A stretch of 64,000 bases of DNA from Camelus dromedarius (lineage: Eukaryota): the NCBI RefSeq assembly GCF_036321535.1, contig NC_087436.1, positions 61,940,001 through 62,004,000 of the forward strand, given 5' to 3'. Both the position numbers and the translations under genes were made by a program. Positions within the stretch are counted from its first letter, which is position 1; each line of letters starts with the position of its first letter. Of this stretch, positions 24,366 through 35,730 are shown one piece after another. The notes beneath the pieces are model-generated. The model saw only the letters and a list, made by a program, of their open reading frames with translations, was not told the DNA's origin and did not search any database.

Positions 24366-24719
24366 TGCAGCAGTTCAGCAAGATGCAGGGCATTAGGGAC
24401 AGACCTATTAAAATCCCAGGGTCTGTACAAACAAAAAACTTTTGTGCAGTTAGTCTCCTCTGTTACCAGTATTCTAATTAAAGATAGTGGGGAGGAGCCT
24501 AATGATGAATTATTCACATCCTTTCTAACCTTTAATCAGGTAGCCAATTCTAATACTCATGAGTCATTGCAAATAGTGCTTTTTCATTATGCCCTTAAAT
24601 GTTTAAAAATGGTATGTCCATGCCTGCAGTACTCTCAACATTCTTTTGTACATTTTGTTACCTTTATTTGTGTTTCCCTTCCTCACCTTTGAAAGAATAG
24701 TGTAATAAAGGGGCCAAAA

Positions 24720-24938
24720 GCTAGTACTGCAGTTGGAAAACCAAATTCCAGGCTTTTCACAGCCACTTTCAAGTTGTATGGCCCGTGCCTCACTTCTCTG
24801 TGCCTCAGTTTCTTCACCGTAAAATAAGGGAAAGAATGGTGTCTATTTCACGGGCTCTTGTGAGGATCAGTAGAATTAATACGTGAAAAGCCCTGGGGAT
24901 ATTGCCTGGCATATGGTATTTGCTACCATTTGATTATT
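24720..24938 (+). mobile_element. MIR SINE
   Basis: cttctctgtgcctcagtttcttcaccgtaaaataaggg...cttgtgaggat...aatacgtgaaaagccc...tgcctggcatatggta. Confidence 0.85.
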
Positions 24939-24964
24939 GCCTAGAAAAAAGTCTTACTCATTTT

Positions 24965-25190
24965 TTTCATGGATTCCCTTCTAAGAACTCTTTTCTGACA
25001 GACTTGGACAGAATTAATCATTCTCACCTCTGTGTGACCACTGCATTTTTACCTATACCTGTATCTTTCCCTGCTGCATTTCTTATAGTTATCTCTCCCA
25101 CTACACAATGAGCTTCCTGAAGGCAAGATTATATTTTACACTTCCTGTATCCCTGCAACAAAATGATGTGCCAAGCACATACTAACCAAT
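24965..25190 (+). mobile_element. L2 3'-end fragment
   Basis: tctctcccactacacaatgagcttcctgaaggcaagattatatt...ctgtatccctgcaac...gtgccaagcacata. Confidence 0.6.
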
Positions 25191-28100
25191 GATTATCATT
25201 CCTGGCTGCCTGGCAGGATCACTGTGGGGAGTTCTCAAAATATGTAAGCCCTTAGATTAGTATTCAATAAGAAATTTAAATTCTTTTTTTAGAAATGTCA
25301 TTGTGTGGTTTTTCATGTTCTGACAAGTTGAAATTCTCTCTGTTAGGCACACAATAAATAGGGAAGTAAATAAATGAGCTATGCTTTTTCTTTGCCTACT
25401 ACTTGTACATGTAAACATTCTTCTTTTTCATTCATTTTGAGTGCCTTATAGAAAAATTGCACTTATCGATGGAAAAGAATAGCTAGACATGATCTGATTT
25501 ATGTAATAACATTTTATATTTGAATACTATTATGTATCACTTTTCAACTTTCTCTGATAAAGTCTAAATACTTAGGTTTAATACCTTTGAATTTATTTAT
25601 GAAGTTCTCTGGTATGATTTACCATCTTACCAAAGGAGAGTTTAATCTTGCAGAGGAAAACTTCAAAGTTGTGCAGAGAAATCATACCCAAGCTTTGAAT
25701 ATGTTTCTACTCTCAAGAGTTCTTCATTTGAATGTGGCGATTTATGTTTGTCTAATGTATCCACTGGCCAAATTAGTTAAAACACATAAAGTGTTCCTTA
25801 TTATCTCTAGGTTTCCAAAGAGGGGAAGTGTGTATGTAGATAATATGAGAAAAAACTTCTTTAAGGAAAATACATTTTAAAATAAATACAATGAAAATAA
25901 AACCCAGTCTCTCACTGAAGCTGTCAAATTGTGTGTCCTAACCATGAATTTGGATTATCATTGAAAAATAGGAATATATTTTGATAGAATTTCTTGATTT
26001 TATTAATAGTTTTAGTATTAGTAGCTTTTTATTACATTCACATAATTTTTTTGTTTATTTTACTGGCAGAATTTCAGATTTTCTGTTGCAGTTTTCCAAA
26101 AGTTTTGGAATAGACGCACACACACACATACACAAAGACACACACTTTTAAAAAACTGACAAACAGTGTAAATAGATAATTAGGAAAGTCATTTGGTGAT
26201 CAGGTTAAAGTAAATAAGTCTGTACATGGGTAGTGGCCTTGGAACTGAAAGATAAAGTGAACCCATGTGTCTTCCTGTAATCCTAGAGCAAGTGTATTTT
26301 GTCAAAAGACCAATGGTTGTTTAGCAATATATCACCTACCCAAAGAACATGAGTGAAACCTCACCTCTTTTCTTAACTGTACTGAAATCCCCATGCATTC
26401 ATTATTGCTCATTATTTTTTCATTTACTAAAATTTCCATTTGTCTTTATAATATAATTTGATATTTAAATGATACACATCATTTTCCATTTTGTATTGAA
26501 ATCTCTCTGGTTATTTTCAATAGCAGATGTTTTAAACATTTCCTCACTCCAAATGTGTATTTTGAAGAAAAGACATCCAATAAGATGTTCTCTCATTTGG
26601 AAGTCACTTGCTGTGTCATATTTGAGTACTCAACAAAATTAGTAAGCTCACAAATAATGTAACAGTTTTCTACAGGACTTCTGGGTCATTCAGGTTGAAC
26701 CTATGGTTCCCTTAAATATTGTTGAAAAATTTTTTATAAAAGAGTTTTAAAGGGTCTTTTGTGACAAATTCCTAGTACACATTGTTTTTCTGCCCTTCTG
26801 CTTTTTAAAATTGTCAGTATGTAGGGAAAAATCACTGAAATTAGGGGCACAATAATGGCAACATTTGAGTTTCATTCAAATTTTTTTTCAACAGGGATAT
26901 TCTGTCCTTTTCCTTTATAAAGCTGGAAATGAGTTTCTTGGATGGAGCTGAAAACTCACTTGGGAAATCCATCTTCTCTTATGCTGTCAAGGAGGATGCT
27001 TTCAAATATTGATCTGAAAGGAAAATTCTGATTGATTACTGTGAGCATGTAACCTCTGCTCTAAGCCAAGAATGTGGTTGTGTTTATTTACTTAACTGTT
27101 TACTATTGATTAAAAACTTAGATTTTGTCCAATATAGTTTCAAAAAATTTTTGTCTAATAGAAGACAATCCCAAATGTTATATTTTTAATTTTCTGCTAG
27201 CATTCATCAGTTTTGTGTCTGACTTAGTTTTCTAGTTCCCCAAAATACCTAGTCTATCAAAATGCTGTTTCCACCTGCTTTATCACTTACTGGTTTCCTA
27301 TTTAACAAATTAAGTATATTTTTTGATATAGATCATTCTGTCTTTTAAAAAAGTGTTTTGAGCATATTATTAATCTTCATGCATTTTATATGAGTATGAC
27401 GGCATTTTTTTGTTTATGTCACAGAACAGTTTGATGTGATTGTGACATGTAAGCCGCAGAAAGCCTCAATGAACTGTCTCCCAGCCAATTAGGCTGCTAA
27501 AAGTTCAACTACTTTTTCCCAAGACTAATATTTATGGTAAAGTTTTATGAGTGAGATTCTCCTTTGAGTATTTTTCTAGTTGGAAAGTACAATAAGAAGA
27601 CAAAGTTCATGCCAGTCTTATTCCCAGTGTACTCTGAAAATTCCAGGCGATTAAGGGATCATGGGCTCTTTCACTTATCTTTTGAATGGTTAAGATTATT
27701 TGTGGTCTAGAGTAACATAGGGAATAATGGATTATATTGCAGTAGCTCATATATAAACATAAAACACAAGTTTCACTCCATTTCAAAGGGTTAAGGTGTA
27801 ATTGCATGACTATTTTAAAATAGCCTACATTTGAATTTTGTTCCTGATAAGTCAAACAGCAAAAAAGAATTAATTGATATTTTTCCTATGTATTATTATT
27901 GTTACAAATTAGCAGTTTTGGGGGAAGGAGAATGAAGCAACATACAATTTTTGTTAAATAATTGGTTTTCTTAAATCATAGGGCTGTGTAAGGATATATG
28001 CTTATTTTCTTCCATGCCTACACATTATTTAGATGTCCTCGGAAGAAAGGTAGCTAACCTGGGAACAAAAGCAAAATCCTAAAATGAATTTTCATTTATT

Positions 28101-28837
28101 CAGAAAAGAGTATGATAAAATCCTGAGTTATTTTAACTCTTACTGCAGGGACTAATCAATAGTTTGAAATAGATTTTAAACACAATGTCCTTGTTTTCCC
28201 TTTTATACCATTCCTCAGGTTTGAGTTATGCATCACTGGTAGTGTTTTAAACCACAGCGTCTACAGCTGGTCTTTATTACATGCTTTATTGCATACTTGA
28301 ATCACATTTTTCAAAGCCTGGAGGTTTTTCATATTTCCTTTAGTGAGATTTATGCAATAGAATTTGTAGGGTCAGAAAAAGGGAATCAAGAAAAGAGAGT
28401 TGATGACTCTATTTAATGTTAACCTTAGATTGCCACAGGCTATCTCAGACCTAAGGGAAAAAAAAAATCAAGTACCCAGTTTAAATCAATGAAGCTTTAA
28501 ATTCTATTCTTTTTTAATTTTTTAAATTCTCCATTGAAGTTCCAATTCCACCAGCCTTCACAAGTGGCTGCTTGTGATGCTGGAATGCCTTCCAATTTCT
28601 TTTTTTTTTTCCCCCTCAATATCAAGGGTAACTTATTTAAGGAAATATGCCTATCATAGATCTAGAATGCTTTAAAGAAAACTGTTTCTTGAATGAGAGG
28701 GCAATGTTAAAAAAAAAAAAAAAATCTAAGTGATCCTTGCTCTGTAAGATCCCCTTCAGCAATGTGCAGATGCCCTCCAGTATTTGGGGCAATCAGTAAA
28801 TGAGGATCACTTCCATTAAGAGTTACATATTTCACAG

Positions 28838-29052
28838 GCATCATGGTATAATGTAAAAGATAGAGGTATTAAAATCAGACAGGCATAGATTTTTAATCCC
28901 ATCTCTGTGTGGCTATGGGAAAGTTACTCGACCTACTAGGTTTTAGTTTCCTCAAATAAAAAGAAAACGTGACCTTGGAAGGTTACTGGTAGATTAGAAA
29001 TAATGGATACAGAGCACCTGGAACGTAAGAGTCCTTCTATAATAGCTATTAG
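28838..29052 (+). mobile_element. MIR SINE
   Basis: catggtataatgtaaaaga...aatcagacag...tgggaaagttactcgacc...tagtttcctca...agagcacctggaacgtaag. Confidence 0.75.
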
Positions 29053-29829
29053 TAAAAATTATCCCACCCCAGGTGGAGAGAACTGTCTTCTCTTTTGGTT
29101 GCTGTTGGAAACCCAGACTGATTCATGTTCTTTTGACCTCACAAGGTAGCCTTGCTCTTTCAGGCTTACTTACTTTTCTGTGAGGAGTTTATATCATGTC
29201 CTCCCAGGAACTGGGACAGCAGCTATTTTTCTGTCAAGGCTTGGTGCTAAGCTCAGTCCTCTCCTTCACTGACCTTCTCTGCTTTTTCCTGAACTGAAGT
29301 TTTGTGGTTCACATTTCAGATCTGTGCCTAACCAAGGTAGGAGGAGTTGGAGATACAATGCTGAGTATAAGGTATGGTCCCTGCACCTGCGGTCTCCTGT
29401 GTTACTAGTTCTCATGTTCGTTAGAGAGCGCCTCCAGCAGAGACCCCAGGGACCTAAATTCCAGTATTATCATTAGTGGATTGATTTATACAAATTGTTC
29501 ATGATCTCAATTTCATTGCTTCTCAGACCATTCAAATAAAATCTTGGAATAAAATCCCTCTGCCATACAATTGACTATTGAAAACTAGAAAGAAAAAAAT
29601 ATATCTCCCTCTTCCTCTTCCAACTCTTCCATCCTTAAACTGGTATTGCAAATGAATAATAAAACATTTATTATGCACATGTTTACTGGGAAGCTACTGA
29701 AGATCAAGGGATACAGCAAGACCTAAAACAAACAACAGACCCTTATGGAGCACGCACATTTGAGCCTTGGCCTTTTGTGGAACATGTGTTAGACAGGCCT
29801 CCATATCCATGTGGTGGGAATCACTTTTT

Positions 29830-31858
29830 AAAAAAATCTATTACTTTTTTCTTCCACTTTCATTGACATATAATTGATATACAACACTGTATATGTTTTA
29901 AGTGGAATAATGACTTGACCTACATACATCATGAAATGATGAACACAATGAGTTTAGTGAACATCCATCATCTCACATAGTTAAAAAAAATTTTAAAATA
30001 GAAAAAATATTTCCTCGTGATGAGAACTTTTAGGATTTACTCTCAACAACTTTCATATATAACATTCATCAGTGTTAATTATGTTTATCATGTTGTATTT
30101 TATACCCCTAGTACTCATTTATCTTATAACTGGAAGTTTGTACATTTTGACTGCTTTTATCCAATTCTGCCACCCTCCACCCTCCACATCTGGTAACCAA
30201 AATTTCTGATCTCTTTCTATCAATTTGTTATTTTGTTTTTTTTGAAGTATAATTGACTTACAATACTACGGTAATTCCTGGTACCCACTATAGTGGTTCA
30301 GTATTTCTAGACATTTCAAAATGATTACCCTGATAAGTCTGTTATGTCACTATACAAAGATACATTCCCATTCAGTAGGTGGACTTTTCATTTCATGATA
30401 ATTTCCTTTGCTATACAAGAGCTTTTTCATTGATATAGTCCCTTGCCTTTTCTGTTTCCCTTGCCCTGAGGAGACACATCCAAAAAGTATTACTAAGGTT
30501 ACTGTCAAAGAGCTTACTGCCTGTATTTTCTTTTAGAAGTTTTATGGTTTCAGGTTTACATTTAATTCTTTAGTCCATTTTGAATTAGTTTTTGTACATG
30601 GTATGAAAAATTAGTATAGTTTGATTCTTTTGTATGTAGCCATAGTTTTCTGAACATCATTTATTGAAGAGGCTGTCTTTTCCTCGTTGTACTTTCTCGT
30701 CCCTTTTGTTGTAGTTTGATTGCCCATATAAGTGTGGGTTCAATTCTGGCTCGCTATTCTGTCCCATAGGCCAGTGTGCTTTTGTGCCAGTACCATACTG
30801 TTTTGATTATGGTAGCTTTATAGTATAGTTTGAAATCAGGCGGCATGACATCTCCAGCTTTGTTCTTCTCCCTCAAGAGTATTTTGACTATTATTGACTC
30901 TCTTTTTCAACATTGTTTTGGCTTTATTTTTCCATAAAAATTTTAGAATTGTTTGTTCTAGTTCTATGAAAAATAAAATTGATATTTTGATAGGAATTGC
31001 ATTGAATCTGTAGATTGCCTTGGGTAGTACAGTTATTGTAACAATATTAATTCCTCCAGTGCATGAACACAGTGTACCTTGCCATCTGTTTGTATTGGTC
31101 TTTAATTTCTTTCATTCTTGTCTTATAGTTTTCCCAGTACTAGTCTTTTAACACCTGGGTTAGATTTATTCCTCAGTATTTTATTCTTTTTTGATGTAGT
31201 TGTAAATGGGATTATTTTCTTAATTTCTGATAGCTCATTATTAGTATATAGAAATGCAACACATTTCTCTATATCAGCATTATATCCTTCAACTTTACCG
31301 AGTTCATTGATAAGTTGAAATTGTTTTTGGTGGTGTCTTTAGGATTTTCTATGTATAATATTGGGCCATTTGCAAATAGTGACAGTTTTACTTTTTCCTT
31401 GCAATTTGGATTCCCTCTTTTCTTTTTCTTTCCTAATTGCTGTGGCTAGAACTTCCAATACTTTGTGAATAAAAGTGGCAAAAGTGGGCATCCTTTCTTT
31501 GTTCCTGGTCTTAGAAAAAGTATTTTGAGCTTTTCACCATTGAGTATGATACTAACTGTGGGCTTGTCATTATATAGTCTTTATTATGTTGAGGTATATT
31601 CCCTCTATACCCACTTTGTGAGAGTTTTTACATAAATAGATATTGAGTGTTGTCAAAGCTTTTTCTGCATCTATTGAGATGATCATATGAATTTTATTTT
31701 TCAGTTTGTTACTGTGGAATATCTCACTGACTGAACGGCAGTTATTGAACCATCTTTGTATCCCTCACTTGATCATGGTGTATGATCCCTTTTTATGTAT
31801 TGTTTGAATTTGATTAGTTAATATTTTGTTGAGGATTTTTGTATCTGCATTCATTAGG
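29830..31858 (-). mobile_element. L1 (L1MA9-like) 3' UTR and deleted ORF2 remnant
   Basis: Antisense 3' end ttcattgacatataattgatatacaacactgta...gtgatgagaacttttaggatttactctc; ORF2 remnants ending at antisense LMNADTKILNKIL near 31858. Confidence 0.9.
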
Positions 31859-33142
31859 TCCTTCTGTTGTGGCAAGCAGACGATTATGGGTGGTCTGGTC
31901 TGCATGACTGGCCCCTAGTCTGGTCAGTTGCCAGGCCCTGACTTGTGGGGAGGCTGTCATCCACCAGTGGGCTAGGCTGGATCATGAGGCAGCTGGCTGT
32001 GCATTCTTGGAGGATCCCCTGGTTAGTGCTGGCCTACTGGTGGGTGCATCTGAACTCCAGGTGGGTAGTTGCAGGGTCAGGGATCTTGGATCTGGTGTCA
32101 GCCTGCTGGTGGGTGGAGCTGCTACCTGACATGGCTGGCTGCAGGGTCTGGGGAGTAGAAAAGCTGGTGTCAGCCTGTTGAGAGGAGCTGGGGCCCCATG
32201 TAACCCAGGGCTAGTGCCAGACTATTTGTGACTGGAATCAGGTCCTAGGGTTTCTGGCTGCAGGGTCCTGAAGGTTCCTGAAGTTGGTCTTGGCCTACTG
32301 GTAGGTTGGGCCAGATTCTGGGGCTGCTGGCTGAGGGGTCCAAGGTGTCTCAGAGCTGGTGTTGACCAACTGATGGGTGGGGAGCTGGATCCCAGGAGCT
32401 TTTGGGGCTTGTGCCATTCTACTGGTGGGAGGGCTGTTTCCTGACATGGCAGACTGAGAGGCTATGGTGGTTCTAGAGCTAGTGCAAGTTTACTGGTGGA
32501 TATAGCCGGGTCACAGAGTTGCCAGCTGCAGGGCCCCGGGCTCCTCAGAGTTTGTTTTGGCCCACTGGTGGCTGGGACTGTGTCCCAACATCTGGCTGTG
32601 TCATCCCAGGGATCTCAGGGCTAGTCCTGGTGCACTGGTGTGCAGGGAAGGTCCTGGGGCCCACTGGTGGACAGGGCTGTGTCCCAAAGTAGCTATTGGC
32701 TCAGGGGGCCTTCAGGAAGTTGGTGTGCTAGTAGGTGGGTCTGTGTCCCTGGCCAGCTAGCTTCTTGGCCTGAAGCATCCCAATACTGATGTCAACCGGC
32801 TGGTGGTGGGACTGGTTCCAACACTGATAAGCTACAAGAATTCCAAAATAGTGCTTGCCAACACCAGTGTCCTCATGGTAGAATGAGCTCCCCAAAATGG
32901 ATACTGCCAATGTCCCTATCCATATGGTGAGCTCCAGTTGCCGCCTGCCTCTCCAGGAGGCTCTCTAAGATCAGCAGGTGGGGCTTCCCCAGGTTCCTTT
33001 CAAATTCCTATTTCTGCTCTGGGTCCCCGAGCATGTGAGATTTTGTACGCACCCTCTAAGGGTGGAGTCTCTGTTTCCCACAGTCCTCTGGCCCTCCTGA
33101 AAGTAAGCCCTACTGGCCTTCATAGCCATGTGTCCTGAGGGC
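31859..33142 (-). mobile_element. L1 5'-UTR-like GC-rich segment with degenerate subrepeats
   Basis: Recurring (gcct)actggtgggtgg / ggctgcagggtc units; gtgagattttgtacgcaccctctaagggtggagtctctgtttcccacagtcctctgg resembles antisense laurasiatherian L1 5' UTR. Confidence 0.7.
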
Positions 33143-33596
33143 TTTGGAAATCATCACAAATATCTGCTATCTGGGCAGGTAATGTAACCTGCAGGTGATA
33201 TAACCATTCAACAGAAATTTCAGATCCCTTTCTCAAGGTACAGGCCAGACCAAAGTCCTATTTAGGTTGGAATAATCACCTCAGAGTTGAATTTTATCCA
33301 GAACATTTTTTATTCCTTTATTTTTCAGTCCAAAACCTGGACTGAAGCACATTTTGACAAAGGGAGAGTGTGGGCTTTTATTTTGATCCTGGGAATAAGA
33401 TATCAGGTTCTTTTCTGCCTAAAGCCATTTTCTGGCTTCAGTTAATTATTAACCCCTTCAGAAAGAACCAAAAACCAGAATCAAAGACAAAAACTTTTAA
33501 AGGGTAAAACTGTAAGCTGTTTTATCAGATAGTTACTAGTTTGGTCAGCAGAAGCTGGATCAACCGTAGAGAGAGAGCTGTCAAAGCTGTTTTACG

Positions 33597-33840
33597 TAAT
33601 GGAAAGAGAACTCAAGAATGACCCAGACATTTATTAAAATCTTAGCTTTGCCACCTGGCTGCTGTGCAGCCTTGGGTAAGTTTCTGATGTGTAGTAAGCC
33701 GGAATGTTCACATCTGTAAAATAAAAATAATATTATCTATCAATCATAGAGATAGTTTGGGAGAAAATGAATGCCATAAGCACAATATTGACTAGAACAT
33801 GGTAAGTAGTCAATGGGTAGTAAGTGTTTTCATTGTTATT
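33597..33840 (+). mobile_element. MIR SINE
   Basis: aatcttagctttgccacctggctgctgtgcagccttgggtaagtt...catctgtaaaataaaaataata. Confidence 0.75.
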
Positions 33841-35094
33841 ATCTTTCACAAATTTGTAGGAATTAGAGAATCGATATTTGAAGAACAAAGTATTTAAAAT
33901 GTAAAAAGAAAAGTAGTCTTTTAACTTGAGCTGAAAAAGTGAATCTGGAATAGACCTTCACAATTTCTCTACTTAGTAAAATTTTCCTCTCTCCTAACCT
34001 GACAGAGAATGTTGAGGAAATCTTTGTTGAAAATTTACCATGAGGATTTCTTATGGTAAAGAATAACATAAATAAAAATAACATTCAAATTCATAAAACC
34101 AATGCTTTACAAACAATTGTTCATATGGCAAAAAATTGGTTTAGATGAGAAAAAGTTATATATATATAAAGTTAAGGAAAACAGTATTCCCAATCTCATG
34201 GATTAATCCTGTTACTCATTTGCAAAATGTCATAAATTTGTTTAAAAAGCTAGATAGGCACATTTAAATACAGTTTATTCTTACACAGTAATAGACAAAA
34301 ATTTAAAGTATTATAGAATAAAAATCTTTCTTTGAAGAGAAAATAATACAGAGTTTTGCCCTTAAAAAAAATAGAATGCCTTGAGACCTACTTGTCTTTA
34401 TTTCACAGTCTACAAAGTCAGCTTCAAAACATCTAGTCCAGACTTTGTTTTGAGAATAAATGACATTTTAAAATACAATACCTGACAGCTGGACAAGGAC
34501 ACACACACGCACATCGAGTGTTCTTTCGCACTGATTCTTCCCTGTTGAAAAAGAGTCTGATGAGAGGTCCTACGAACAGTGGCCATGTTTCTCCTTTAAT
34601 TTTACCTTATTTAGACTTAACATTGGTCATGTAAGACAAGCCCTGATTGTTCCCTAACACCATACTTCTTTCATCATCATTTAGTGTTTGAAATCATTTC
34701 TAAACTCATGAATATGAGATGAAATACGATGCCCAGGTGGAATAGAGAAGAAAAAAATATTGATTATGTAATCTTATTCTTTTTCTTCTCATTCAGAACA
34801 AAACTAAAAGTTAAGTTACCATTTCCTTGGGGCAACTGGTAGCCATACTAAGTCTCTGGAGTTTAAAATATTGTGTTGGGTTTCTACCTGTGAAAATTTC
34901 AACAACTGTGAATGTTAAAGCCAGGGGGTTGAAAATGTTTCTTTGAAATTCACGTGGAAGAAAGGCCCTGTGGTTAGAAGAGTCTCACTTCTCTTGACTC
35001 AAATCCAGCCTAAGACCGTGAGGAATGCAGGTATGTGAAAGCTGTATATCTAGCTGGACCAGCACCAACACAGGTACCAAAGACACGTTGTCTT

Positions 35095-35730
35095 GTAACA
35101 ACTTCATGAGATCAATATCACCTCAGTTTTGCTGCTATGGAATTTGATGTTTATTTTGGCGTATTAAGAAGGTCACACAGATTATAAGTGGTGAAAGAGA
35201 TTCTCCCTGCCCGAACTTTACTCTTCAGTAACTCAGTAACTCCTCAGGAACTCCGAAACTCAGACTCCTCTAAGCCCTCTTCTGGACCAGGACAGACTGT
35301 GGCCCCTGTCTGGTAGGCCCGCATAGTCCAGTTTTTGCAAGTATCCTGCTAAGCCAGTTCAGAGAGAATCTTCCACCCTCTATGTATGATCGGATTCCTT
35401 ATCCCCTGCCTTTGATGCTAAGTCCTTAGCCTGCTTTCCGCAAAAATCCTGAGTCAATTTAGCAAGAATTCCCCCTACCCCTGATGTCGCCTCTTAGTAA
35501 TTTTGCATCCACCAACACCCGCCTCCAACCTGGTCCTTGGCTGTATTCCCTTTTCCTTGTATTTGGATCTGAGCTCAGTCTCACTCCCCTATGGCTGTAG
35601 TCTTGACACGTATCACAGTAGCTGGGAATAGTCTTCCTTACCATTTTAACAAGTGTCAGGATATTTTTTTTCTTCAATAGAGGCAAAACCAAGAATGGAA
35701 TTAGGTCTGCTGAACTCAAAATCCTTGTTA
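35095..35730 (-). mobile_element. MIR fragment split by the MER31-like LTR
   Basis: aaggtcacacagattataagtgg | LTR | gaggcaaaaccaagaatggaattaggtctgctgaactcaaaatcc is collinear with antisense MIR. Confidence 0.55.
35192..35679 (+). mobile_element. MER31-like ERV1 solo LTR
   Basis: Begins tgaaagagattctccctgcccgaacttta; repeated gcaag(a/t)atcctg...agaat motifs; ends ttaacaagtgtcaggatatttttttcttcaata; degenerate 4-bp TSD gtgg / gagg. Confidence 0.8.

Noticed and set aside
31859..33142. GC-rich segment as a CpG island or gene promoter
   Set aside because: CpG-depleted and better explained as decayed L1 5' UTR
34555..34585. Hammerhead-ribozyme-like core ctgatgag...cgaa
   Set aside because: The second box is GAAC rather than GAAA, stem II would need a 1-nt loop, and I found no convincing stems I and III
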